This document shows positions 53,000-64,000 of a stretch of DNA of 64,000 nucleotides, in pieces. Both the position numbers and the translations under genes were made by a program. The stretch spans positions 124,001 through 188,000 of the forward strand of contig JBECUI020000027.1 of the NCBI GenBank assembly GCA_040954595.2. Direction: 5' to 3'. Position 1 is the stretch's first letter. Each line of letters begins with the position of its first letter. This DNA comes from Balanoglossus misakiensis (lineage: Eukaryota; Animalia; Hemichordata). The notes beneath the pieces were generated by a model that saw only the letters and a program-made list of their open reading frames with translations, made no database searches and was not told where the DNA came from.

Positions 53000-54231
53000 T
53001 TATGCCCCCGGCTGAATCTCTGTCTCTGCAAATTCAGACAGCCCGGCAAGATTCACCGCCCTGACCCGGACAGACGCGTTCGCAGGCAGAGTCTCGCCTT
53101 CCTGCAGCGTAACGCTGTGGGCGGTATCGCTGACATAGGCCACCGGCATCCAATCCTCGCTCTGGGGATTGCTGTATTCTATCAGATAGCCCTCAACGGG
53201 GTTGTTGCCTAAATCGGAAACAGCGGGAGCTGTCCACGATACGGTAAGGGTGTCGGTTTTGCTTGCCGTATCGGTTTGAACCTCCGCCTTTAAGCCGGTA
53301 ACGGCGGCGGGCGTGAGGGGGTATGGGTGGAGGTAATGTTGAAAAGGATACGCTACGGCAAAACTTACTCCCTCAAATCTAAATCTTAATTTTTTCCCGA
53401 AGTAATCTTTCCTATTAGTGCTGAAATATTCACCAGCATCCTGTGAGAAGAAAGTACCACCCTTATCATCGCTTCGATTAAAAAGCGACATATCTATATC
53501 ATTGGAAATATATTCTAGTTGTAGCACTCTTAATCCTCCTAAGCCTACACCCGGATCTGAATAGGGCCCAATATCAAACAGAGTAAAGAGGTTATAAATT
53601 CCACCTATAAAGGTAGTGATGGAAGAGGACAAGATGGTAAAACGGACATCAAAGTCTCCCTTCGTCACTGTGGGGGCTACAGAAACGTCAATAATATCGA
53701 TTGATGTTGTAATTACGGTGGCCTCATCCACCTCAGCGGTAAACGTTACCGGATCACCAGATTTGGTATCCCTCTGAACGCTTAAGCGGTACAGATAAGA
53801 AGAATCTGCTGTTATGTCTGTATCGGTGTAAGTCTCGGTATCCGGTGGCAGGGTAGCAAGCGTGGTATAGCTGACCCCGGCATCGGAAGATTTCTCAAGC
53901 AGAAATCCCGTTTCATTCACATTGAGATCCTTCCAGGCCAGCTGTACGCCTGCATCATCCATGGCATAGAGGCTACGGAAACCCACAGGAGGCATCAGCG
54001 GGGCGGCAAAGGAATACAGGGACGGCGACGGGGACGAACAGGAAAACAAGAATGCCGGCAAGAGCAAAACAAGTAAAATCTGTATCTGATGGGAAAATGT
54101 AGAGCCTCTTGGGGCTACTATCTTACATGCACGTGAGTGAGTGAGTGAGTGAGTGAGTGAGTGAGTGAGTGAGTGAGTGAGTGAGTGAGTGAGTGAGTGA
54201 GTGAGTTCTCCAACCTCTTCATATTATTCAT
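53000..54231 (-). CDS. Array B copy B5; (ACTC)18, OFF
   Basis: Body ORF 53000-54067; true ATG 54231, offset 164 nt. Confidence 0.9.
54135..54206. repeat. (GAGT)18 SSR
   Basis: Counted directly. Confidence 0.97.
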
Positions 54232-54624
54232 ACCATATTCCTCCTAACAAAACATAAGTTAAGACTAGTATACCTAATACTTACGACTTCGACAAGACCC
54301 CGTTCATACAAGCCCGCCCTGACAATACCCCAGTGGCCTTAAAGCCGAAGAAAGGAAGCCCTCAGACCTCAGCCCAAAGCCTGCAGCTCAGCCTCCGCAG
54401 GCCCAGACAATCCCGAAAGATTCACAAGCCCTGCCCCTGGGGAAAAAGTTACCTAGGACAGGGTCTTTCCTGCATCCAGCATAAAGCTGTAGGGGGCCGG
54501 GCGGTTTACAGCATAATTCCCTAACCTACACCGCCTGACATTCCTCAATAGAGCGGTTCCCCGGTTCGGAAAGAACCTAAAAATCCGCTCACCGCAGCGG
54601 CCCCGCCAAAGGCCGCCGTCAGCA

Positions 54625-55855
54625 TTATGCCCCCGGCCGAATCTCTGTCTCTGCAAATTCAGACAACCCGGTAAGATTCACCGCCCTGACCCGGACAGAC
54701 GCGTTCGCAGGCAGAGTCTCCCCTTCCTCCAGCGTAACGCTGTGGGCGGTATCGCTGACATAGGCCACCGGCATCCAATCCTCGCTTTGGGGGTTGCTGT
54801 ATTCTATCAGATAGCCCTCGAAGGGGTTGTTGCCTAAATCGGAAACAGCTGGAGCTGTCCACGATACGGTAAGGGTGTCGGTTAGCGTTGCTGTATCGGT
54901 TTGGACCTCCGCCTTTAAGCCGGTAACAACGGCGGGCGTGAGGGGGTATGGGTGGAGATGGAATTGAAAAGAATACGATTGGGAAAAAAATCTTCCTTCA
55001 AATCTAAATGCTAATTTTTTCCCGAAGTAATCCTTCCTATTATCGCTGAAATAGTTATTGGGGTCTTCCACATAAACAGTACCACCCTTATTATTGCTGC
55101 GATTAAAAAGCGACATATCTATATCATTGGAATCAGAATCTAATTGTAGCAATAGTAATCCAAGCGTGGCCCCATTGGGATCATAGGGATAGGGGCCAAT
55201 ATCAAACAGAGCATGGAGGTTAAAAAGTCCATTTGGGTGGCCGGGAGATACTAAAGAGGACGTGGTAAAACGGACATCAAAGTCTCCCTTCGTCACTGTG
55301 GGGGGGGCTACAGCAACTTCAAAAATGGGGGTTAGTGGAATTACGGTGACCTCATCCACCTCGGCGGTAAACGTTACCGGATCACCGGATTCGGTATCCC
55401 TCTGAACGCTTAAGCGGTACAGATAAGAAGAATCTGCGGTTATGTCAGTATCGGTGTAAGTCTCGGTATCCGGTGGCAGGGTAGCAAGCGTGGTATAGCT
55501 GGCCCCGGCATCGGAAGATTTCTCAAGCAGAAATCCTGTTTCATTAGCATTGAGATCCTTCCAGGCCAGTTGCACACCCACATCATCCATGGCGTAGAGA
55601 CTGCGGAAACCCACAGGGAGCATCAGCGGGGCGGTAAAGGAATACCGGGACAGCGACGGGGTCGGGCAGGAAACCAAGACTGAGGAGAAGAGCAAAACAA
55701 GTAAAATCTGTATCTGATGGGAAAATGTAGAGCCTCTGGGGGCTACTATCTTACATGCACGTGAGTGAGTGAGTGAGTGAGTGAGTGAGTGAGTGAGTGA
55801 GTGAGTGAGTGAGTGAGTGAGTGAGTGAGTTCTCCAACCTCTTCATATTATTCAT
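54625..55855 (-). CDS. Array B copy B6; (ACTC)17, OFF
   Basis: Body ORF 54625-55695; true ATG 55855, offset 160 nt. Confidence 0.9.
55763..55830. repeat. (GAGT)17 SSR
   Basis: Counted directly. Confidence 0.97.
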
Positions 55856-56243
55856 ACCATATTCCTCCTAACAAAACTTAAGTTAAGCCTAGTATACCTA
55901 ATACTTTCGACTTCGACAAGATCCCGTTCATACAAGCCTGCCCTGACAATACCCCAACGGCCTTAAAGCCGAAGAAAGGTAAAAAAACATGGGTGATGCC
56001 GAAACTAACTTCCTCAAATTTGAATTGAGAACTCTTTCCGATTTTATCAACATTGTGTTTATACAGACTTTTCCCCCGAAGATTAAGGCTGGGGCAGAAC
56101 CTTCAGGAAAGGGGGCCGGGCGGTTTACAGCATAATTTCCTAACCTACACCGCCTGACATTCCTCAATAGAGCGGTTCCCCGGTTCGGAAAGAACCTAAA
56201 AATCCGCTCACCGCAGCGGCCCCGCCAAAGGCCGCCGTCAGCA

Positions 56244-57459
56244 TTATGCCCCCGGCTGAATCTCTGTCTCTGCAAATTCAGACAGCCCGGCAAGATTCAC
56301 CGCGCTAACCCGGACAGACGCGTTCGCAGGCAGAGTCTCGCCTTCCTGCAGCGTAACGCTGTGGGCGGTATCGCTGACATAGGCCACCGGCATCCAATCC
56401 TCGCTCTGGGGGTTGCTGTATTCTATCAGATAGCCCTCGAAGGGGTTGTTGCCTAAATCGGAAACAGCGGGGGCTGTCCACGATACGGTAAGGGTATCGG
56501 TTTTGCTTGCCGTATCGGTTTGGACCTCCGCCTTTAAGCCGGTAACGGCGGCGGGTGTGAGGGGGTATGGGTGAAGGTACTGTTGAAAAGAATACGGGGT
56601 GGCAAAAAATCTTGCTTGAAATCTCAATCCTAATTTTTTCCCGAAGTAATCCTTCCTATTATTGCTGAAATATTCACTAACGTCTTCCAGATGAACAATA
56701 CCACCCTTATTGCTGCGATTAAAAAGCGACATATCTAGATCATTGGAAACATAGTCCAAGTGTAGTAATTGTATTCCTTGAATGTCATTATAAGGATAGG
56801 GGCCAATATCAAACAGAGCATAGAAGTAATAAAGTCCATTTTGAAAGCCAGGGGGGAAAGGGGACAAGATGGTATAACGGACATCAAAGTCTTCCCTCGT
56901 CACTGTGGGGGCTATAGAAACGTCAATACTGGTTGATGTTGTAATTACGGTAGCCTCATCCACCTCAGCGGTAAACGTTACCGGATCACCGGATTCGGTA
57001 TCCCTCTGAACGCTTAAGCGGTACAGATAAGAAGAATTTGCGGTTATGTCAGTATCGGTGTAAGTCTCGGTATCCGGTGGCAGGGTAGCAAGCGTGGTAT
57101 AGCTGACCCCGGCATCTGAAGATTTCTCAAGCAGAAATCCCGTTTCATTAACATTGAGATCCTTCCAGGCCAGCTGCACACCTGCGTCATCCATGGCGTA
57201 GAGACTACGGAAACCCACAGGGGGCATCAACGGGGCGGCAAAGGAATACCGGGACAGCGACGGGGACGAACAGGAAAACAAGAATGCCGGCAAGAGCAAA
57301 ACAAGTAAAATCTGTATCTGATGGGAAAATATAGAGCCTCTGGGGACTACTATCTTACATGTACGTGAGTACGTGAGTGAGTGAGTGAGTGAGTGAGTGA
57401 GTGAGTGAGTGAGTGAGTGAGTGAGTGAGTGAGTTCTCCAACCTCTTCATATTATTCAT
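56244..57459 (-). CDS. Array B copy B7; interrupted tract (17 unit-equivalents), OFF
   Basis: Body ORF 56244-57299; true ATG 57459, offset 160 nt. Confidence 0.9.
57367..57434. repeat. GAGT-ACGT-(GAGT)15 interrupted SSR
   Basis: Counted directly. Confidence 0.95.
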
Positions 57460-57845
57460 ACCATATTCCTCCTAGCAAAACTTAAGTTAAGCCTAGTATA
57501 CCTGATACTTACGGCATTGACAAGACCCCGTTCATACAAGCCTGCCCTGACAATACCCCAACGGCCTTAAAGCCGAAGAAAGGAAGACCTCAGCCCAAAG
57601 CCTGCAGCTCAGCCTCCGCAGGCCCAGACAATCCCGAAAGATTCATAAGCCCTGCCCCTGGGAAAAAAGTTACCTAGGACAGGGTCTTTCCTGCATCCAG
57701 CATAAACCCGTAGGGGGCCAGGCGGTTTACAGCATAATTCCCTCACCTACACCGCCTGACATTCCTCAATAAAGCGGTTCCCCGGTTCGGAAAGAACCTA
57801 AAAATCCGCTCACCGCAGCGGCCCCGCCAAAGGCCGCCGTCAGCA

Positions 57846-59058
57846 TTATGCCCCCGGCTGAATCTCTGTCTCTACAAATTCAGACAACCCGGTAAGATTC
57901 ACCGCCCTGACCCGGACAGACGCGTTCGCAGGCAGAGTCTCGCCTTCCTGCAGCGTAACGCTGTGGGCGGTATCGCTGACATAGGCCACCGGCATCCAAT
58001 CCTCGCTTTGGGGGTTGCTGTATTCTATCAGATAGCCCTCGAAGGGGTTGTTGCCTAAATCGGAAACAGCGGGAGCTGTCCACGATACGGTAAGGGTGTC
58101 GGTTAGCGTTGCTGTATCGGTTTGGACCTCCGCCTTTAAGCCAGTAACAACGGCGGGCGTGAGGGGGTATGGGTGGAGATGGAATGGAAAAGAATATGGT
58201 TTGGTAAAAGCTACTACCTCAAATGAAAATTCTAATCTTTTTCCGAACTGAGTATCCCTGTTATTGATTGAATATGTATAAGCATCTTCCTCGGCGACAA
58301 TAAGCCCATTATCACTGTTGCGATCAAAAAGCGACACACCTATATCGCTGGAAAAATGTGAAGTTTGGAAAATTAGCACTGGAGTGGTCCCATCATAGAG
58401 ATCGGGGCCAATATCAAAGAGCGCATATAAATAAAGCAAATAACTCGTTGAGAAATTCAAAATGGAAAAACGGACATCAAAGTCTCCCTTCGTCACTGTG
58501 GGGGCTACAGCAAAGTCAAAACTACCGCCTAGTGTTGTAATTACGGTAGCCTCATCCACCTCAGCGGTAAACGTTACAGGATCACTGGATTCGGTATCCC
58601 TCTGAACGCTTAAGCGATACAGATAAGAAGAATCTGCTGTTATGTCAGTATCGGTGTAAGTCTCGGTATCCGGTGGCAGGGTAGCAAGCGTGGTATAGCT
58701 GACCCCGGCATCTGAAGATTTTTCAAGCAGAAATCCCGTTTCATTAACATTGAGATCCTTCCAGGCCAGCTGTACGCCTGCATCATCCATGGCGTAGAGA
58801 CTGCGGAAACCCACAGGGGGCATCAGCGGGGCGGTAAAGAAATACGGGAGAGGTGGCGACGGGGACGAACAGGAAAACAAGACTGATGAGAAGAGCAAAA
58901 CAAGTAAAATCTGTATCTGATGGGAAAATGTAGAGCCTCTTGGGGCTACTATCTTACATGCACGTGAGTGAGTGAGTGAGTGAGTGAGTGAGTGAGTGAG
59001 TGAGTGAGTGAGTGAGTGAGTGAGTGAGTGAGTTCTCCAACTTCTTCATATTATTCAT
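57846..59058 (-). CDS. Array B copy B8; (ACTC)17, OFF
   Basis: Body ORF 57846-58898; true ATG 59058, offset 160 nt. Confidence 0.9.
58966..59033. repeat. (GAGT)17 SSR
   Basis: Counted directly. Confidence 0.97.
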
Positions 59059-59451
59059 ACCATATTCCTCCTAACAAAACTTAAGTTAAGCCTAGTATAC
59101 CTGATACTTTCGGCATTGGCAAGACCCCGTTCATACAAGCCTGCCCTGACAATACCCCAACGGCCTTAACGCCGAAGAAAGGAAGCCCTCAGACCTCAGC
59201 CCAAAGCCTGCAGCTCAGCCTCCGCAGGCTCAGACAATCCCGAAAGATTCATAAGCCCTGCCCCTGGGAAAAAAGTTACCTAGGACAGGGTCTTTCCTGC
59301 ATCCAGCATAGAGCTGTAGGGGACCAAGCGGTTTACAGCATAATTCCCTAACCTACACCGCCTGACATTCCTCAATAGAGCGGTTCCCCGGTTCGGAAAG
59401 AACCAAAAAATCCGCTTACCACAGCGGCCCCGCCAAAGGCCGCCGTCAGCA

Positions 59452-60656
59452 TTATGCCCCCGGCTGAATCTCTGTCTCTGCAAATTCAGACAGCCCGGCA
59501 AGATTCACCGCGCTAACCCGGACAGACGCGTTCGCAGGCAGAGTCTCGCCTTCCTGCAGCGTAACGCTGTAGGTGGCTTCTCTCACCCAGGCCACAGGCA
59601 TCCAATCCTCGCTCTGGGGATTGCTGTATTCTATCAGATAGCCCTCGAAGGGGTTGTTGCCTGAATCGGAAACAGCTGGGGCTGTCCACGATACGGTAAG
59701 GGTGTCGGTTTTGCTTGCCGTATCGGTTTGAACCTCCGCATTTAAGCCGGTAACGGCGGCGGGTGTGAGGGGGTATGGGTGGAGATGGAATTGAAAAAAA
59801 TACGATGTGGCAAAAAATCTTCCATCAAATATAAATCCTAATCTTTTTCCGAAGTAATCCTTCCTATTATTGCTGAAATATTCACCAGCGTCTTCCACAT
59901 AAACAATACCACCCTTATCATTGCTACGATTAAAAAGCAACATATCTATATCATTGGAATCATAATTCAAGTGTAGTAATTGTAATCCATCAGTGGCGTC
60001 ATCATAGGTATAGGGGCCAATGTCAAACAGAGCATAGAGGTAATAAAGTCCATTTTGCAAGCCAGGGGGGAAAGGGGACAAAACGGAAAAACGGACATCA
60101 AAGTCTCCCTTCGTCACTGTGGGGGCTATAGAAACGTCAATACTACCGGTTTGTGTTGTAAGTACGGTAGCCTCATCCACCTCAGCGGTAAACGTTACCG
60201 GATCACCAGATTCGGTATCCCTCTGAACGCTTAAGCGGTACAGATAAGAAGAATCTGCTTCTATGTCTGTATCGGTGTAAGTCTCGGTATCCGGTGGCAG
60301 GGTAGCAAGCGTGGTATAGCTGGCCCCGGCATCGGAAGATTTCTCAAGCAGAAATCCCGTTTCATTAACATTGAGATCCTTCCAGGCCAGCTGTACGCCT
60401 GCATCATCCATGGCATAGAGACTACGGAAACCCACAGGGGGCATCAGCGGGGCGGTAAAGGAATACAGGGACGGCGATGGGGACGAACAGGAAAACAAGA
60501 ATGCCGACAAGAGCAAAACAAGTAAAATCTGTATCTGCTGGGAAAATGTAGAGCCTCTTGGGGCTACTATCTTACATGCACGTGAGTGAGTGAGTGAGTG
60601 AGTGAGTGAGTGAGTGAGTGAGTGAGTGAGTTCTCCAACCTCTTCATATTATTCAT
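59452..60656 (-). CDS. Array B copy B9; (ACTC)12, OFF
   Basis: Body ORF 59452-60516; true ATG 60656, offset 140 nt. Confidence 0.9.
60584..60631. repeat. (GAGT)12 SSR
   Basis: Counted directly. Confidence 0.97.
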
Positions 60657-61045
60657 ACCATATTCCTCCTAACAAAACTTAAGTTAAGCCTAGTATACCT
60701 GATACTTACGACTTCGACAAGACCCCGTTCATACAAGCCTACCCTGACAATACCCCAGCGGCCTTAAAGCCGAAGAAAGGTAAAAAAACATGGGTGATGC
60801 CGAAACTAACTACCTCAAATTTGAATTGAGGACTCTTTCCGATTTTTATCAACATTGTGTTTATACAGACTTTTCCCCCGAAGATTAAGGCTGGGGCAGA
60901 ACCTTCAGGAAAGGGGACCAGGCGGTTTACAGCATAATTCCCTAACCTACACCGCCTGACATTCCTCAATAGAGCGGTTCCCCGGTTCGGTAAGAACCTA
61001 AAAATCCGCTCACCACAGCAGCCCCGCCAAAGGCCGCCGTCAGCA

Positions 61046-62261
61046 TTATGCCCCCGGCTGAATCTCTGTCTCTACAAATTCAGACAGCCCGGCAAGATTC
61101 ACCGCACTAACCCGGACAGACGCGTTCGCAGGCAGAGTCTCGCCTTCCTGCAGCGTAACGCTGTGGGCGGTATCGCTGACATAGGCCACCGGCATCCAAT
61201 CCTCGCTCTGGGGGTTGCTGTATTCTATCAGGTAGCCCTCGAAGGGGTTGTTACCTAAATCGGAAACAGCCGGGGCTGTCCACGATACGGTAAGGGTATC
61301 GGTTTTGCTTGCCGTATCGGTTTGGACCTCCGCCTTTAAGCCGGTAACGGCGGCAGGCGTGAGGGGGTATGGGTGGAGGTGGAATTGAAAAGGATACACT
61401 ATGGTCAAGATTTCACCTTCAAATATAAATCCTAATCTTTTTCCGAACTGAGCCTCCCTGTTATTGCTGAAATAGTCACCAGCGTCTTCCACATAAACAG
61501 TACCACCCTTATCATTGCTGCGATTAAAAAGCGACATATCTATATCATTGGAATTATGAGCAAATTCTAGCATTCGTACTCCAGCAACAGAAGCGGCCTC
61601 ATCATAGGGGTAGGGACCAATGTCAAACAGAGTATAGAGGTTATAAATTCCACCTGTGAGGCCGGGGGGGAAAGGGGACAAAACGGAAAAACGGACATCA
61701 AAGTCTCCCTTCGTCACTGAGGGGTCTACCGCAACATCAAGACCGGTGCTTGTTGGAACTACGGTGGCGGTATCCACCTCAGCGGTAAACGTTACCGGAT
61801 CACTGGATTCGGTATCCCTCTGAACGCTTAAGCGGTACAGATAAGAAGAATCTGCTTCTATGTCTGTATCGGTGTAAGTTTCGGTATCTGGTGGCAGGGT
61901 AGCAAGCGTGGTGTAGCTGACCCCGGCATCGGAAGATTTCTCAAGCAGAAATCCCGTTTCATTAACATTGAGATCCTTCCAGGCCAGCTGTACGCCTGCA
62001 TCATCCATGGCATAGAGGCTGCGGAAACCCACAGGGGGCATCAGCGGGGCGGTAAAGGAATAGCGGGACAGCGACGGGGACGAACAGGAAAACAAGAATA
62101 CCGGCAAGAGCAAAACAAGTAAAATCTGTATCTGATGGGAAAATGTAGAGCCTCTTGGGGCTACTATCTTACATGCACGTGAGTGAGTGAGTGAGTGAGT
62201 GAGTGAGTGAGTGAGTGAGTGAGTGAGTGAGTGAGTTCTCCAACCTCTTCATATTATTCAT
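61046..62261 (-). CDS. Array B copy B10; (ACTC)14, OFF
   Basis: Body ORF 61046-62113; true ATG 62261, offset 148 nt. Confidence 0.9.
62181..62236. repeat. (GAGT)14 SSR
   Basis: Counted directly. Confidence 0.97.
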
Positions 62262-62654
62262 ACCATATTCCTCCTAACAAAACATAAGTTAAGACTAGTA
62301 TACCTGATACTTTCGGCATTGGCAAGACCCCGTTCATACAAGCCTGCCCTGACAATACCCCAACGGCCTTAAAGCCGAAGAAAGGAAGCCCTCAGACCTC
62401 AGCCCAAAGCTTGCAGCTCAGCCTCCGCAGGCCCAGACAATCCCGAAAGATTCACAAGCCCTGCCCCTGGGGAAAAAGTTACCTAGGACAGGGTCTTTCC
62501 TGCATCCAGCATAGAGCTGTAGGGGACCAGGCGGTTTACAGCATAATTCCCTAACCTACACCGCCTGACATTCCTCAATAGAGCGGTTCCCCGGTTCGGT
62601 AAGAACCTGAAAATCCGCTCACCACAGCAGCCCCGCCAAAGGCCGCCATCAGCA

Positions 62655-63882
62655 TTATGCCCCCGGCTGAATCTCTGTCTCTGCAAATTCAGACAGCCCG
62701 GTAAGATTCACCGCGCTAACCCGGACAGACGCATTCGCAGGCAGAGTCTCGCCTTCCTGCAGCGTAACGCTGTGGGCGGTATCGCTGACATAGGCCACCG
62801 GCATCCAATCCTCGCTCTGGGGGTTGCTGTATTCTATCAGATAGCCCTCGAAGGGGTTGTTGCCTAAATCGGAAACAGCCGGGGCTGTCCACGATACGGT
62901 AAGGGTGTCGGTTAGCGTTGCTTCATCGGTTTGGACCTCCGCATTTAAGCCGGTCACGGCGGCGGGCGTGAGGGGATAGGGGTGGAGGTAATGTTGAAAA
63001 GAATACGGGGTGGCAAAAAATCTTGCTTGAAATCTCAATCCTAATTTTTTCCCGAAGTAATCCTTCTTATTATTGCTGAAATATTCACTAACGTCTTCCA
63101 GATGAACAATACCACCCTTATTGCTGCGATTAAAAAGCGACATATCTAGATCATTGGAAACATAGTCCAAGTGTAGTAATTGTATTCCTTGAATGTCATT
63201 ATAAGGATAGGGGCCAATATCAAACAGAGCATAGAAGTAATAAAGTCCATTTTGAAAGCCAGGGGGGAAAGGGGACAAGATGGTATAACGGACATCAAAG
63301 TCTTCCCTCGTCACTGTGGGGGCTATAGAAACGTCAATACTGGTTGATGTTGGAAGTACGGTAGCCTCATCCACCTCAGCGGTAAACGTTACCGGATCAC
63401 CAGATTCGGTATCCCTCTGAACGCTTAAGCGGTACAGATAAGAAGAATCTGCTGTTATGTCAGTATCGGTGTAAGTCTCGGTATCCGGTGGCAGGGTAGC
63501 AAGCGTGGTGTAGCTGACCCCGGCATCGGAAGATTTCTCAAGCAGAAATCCCGTTTCATTAACATTGAGATCCTTCCAGGCCAGCTGTACGCCTGCATCA
63601 TCCATGGCATAGAGGCTGCGGAAACCCACAGGGGGCATCAGCGGGGCGGTAAAGGAATAGCGGGACAGCGACGGGGTAGGACAGGAAAACAAGACTGATG
63701 AGAAGAGCAAAACAAGTAAAATCTGTATCTGATGGGAAAATGTAGAGCCTCTTGGGGCTACTATCTTACATGCACGTGAGTGAGTGAGTGAGTGAGTGAG
63801 TGAGTGAGTGAGTGAGTGAGTGAGTGAGTGAGTGAGTGAGTGAGTGAGTGAGTGAGTTCTCCAACTTCTTCATATTATTCAT
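62655..63882 (-). CDS. Array B copy B11; (ACTC)20, OFF
   Basis: Body ORF 62655-63710; true ATG 63882, offset 172 nt. Confidence 0.9.
63778..63857. repeat. (GAGT)20 SSR
   Basis: Counted directly. Confidence 0.97.
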
Positions 63883-64000
63883 ACCATATTCCTCCTAACA
63901 AAACATAAGTTAAGCCTAGTATACCTGATACTTACGGCACTGACAAGACCCCGTTTTTACAAGCCTACCCTGACAATACTCCAACGGTCTTAAAGCCGAA

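Noticed and set aside
971-63710. Diversity-generating retroelement as the source of variation
   Set aside because: No reverse transcriptase or template repeat is in the window; differences include indels and block swaps rather than an evident adenine-only pattern (not formally tested)
46580-64000. Integron cassette array
   Set aside because: Units are paralogs with their own promoters, the downstream palindromes lack canonical RYYYAAC/GTTRRRY boxes, and no integrase is seen; only a loose resemblance remains

Overview
Chromosomal window, most likely from a spirochaete (DUF6675-like protein, spirochaete-type FlgD-Ig giant protein, F-S-C lipoboxes). Both ends hold head-to-tail tandem arrays of paralogous lipoprotein genes on the minus strand, and both arrays run off the window. 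Array A (1-21007) has 9 copies (A0-A8) of an Ig-like/FN3/variable/FN3 protein, separated by blocks of ~110-bp GC-rich repeats and one IS256-family element. Array B (46580-64000) has 11 copies (B1-B11) of an FN3/variable/FN3 protein, each with its own sigma70-type promoter. All 20 genes carry an (ACTC)n tract (n=8-20) inside the signal-peptide coding sequence, between a true RBS/ATG that the ORF track mostly missed and the lipobox. By hand count only B2 (n=13) is in frame. A7 (n=13) is off by a single G in an adjacent G-run, and the other 18 are frameshifted OFF. The variable domains are patchwork mosaics. Together this looks like a slippage-gated, recombination-diversified antigenic variation system with about one gene ON per array. 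Between the arrays lie a complete trpE-GD-C-F-B-A operon, lysC-dapB-asd-lysA-dapL, an esterase, aroA, a 1453-aa exported protein, trmH, a HEAT-repeat lipoprotein, tRNA-Asp and queG.
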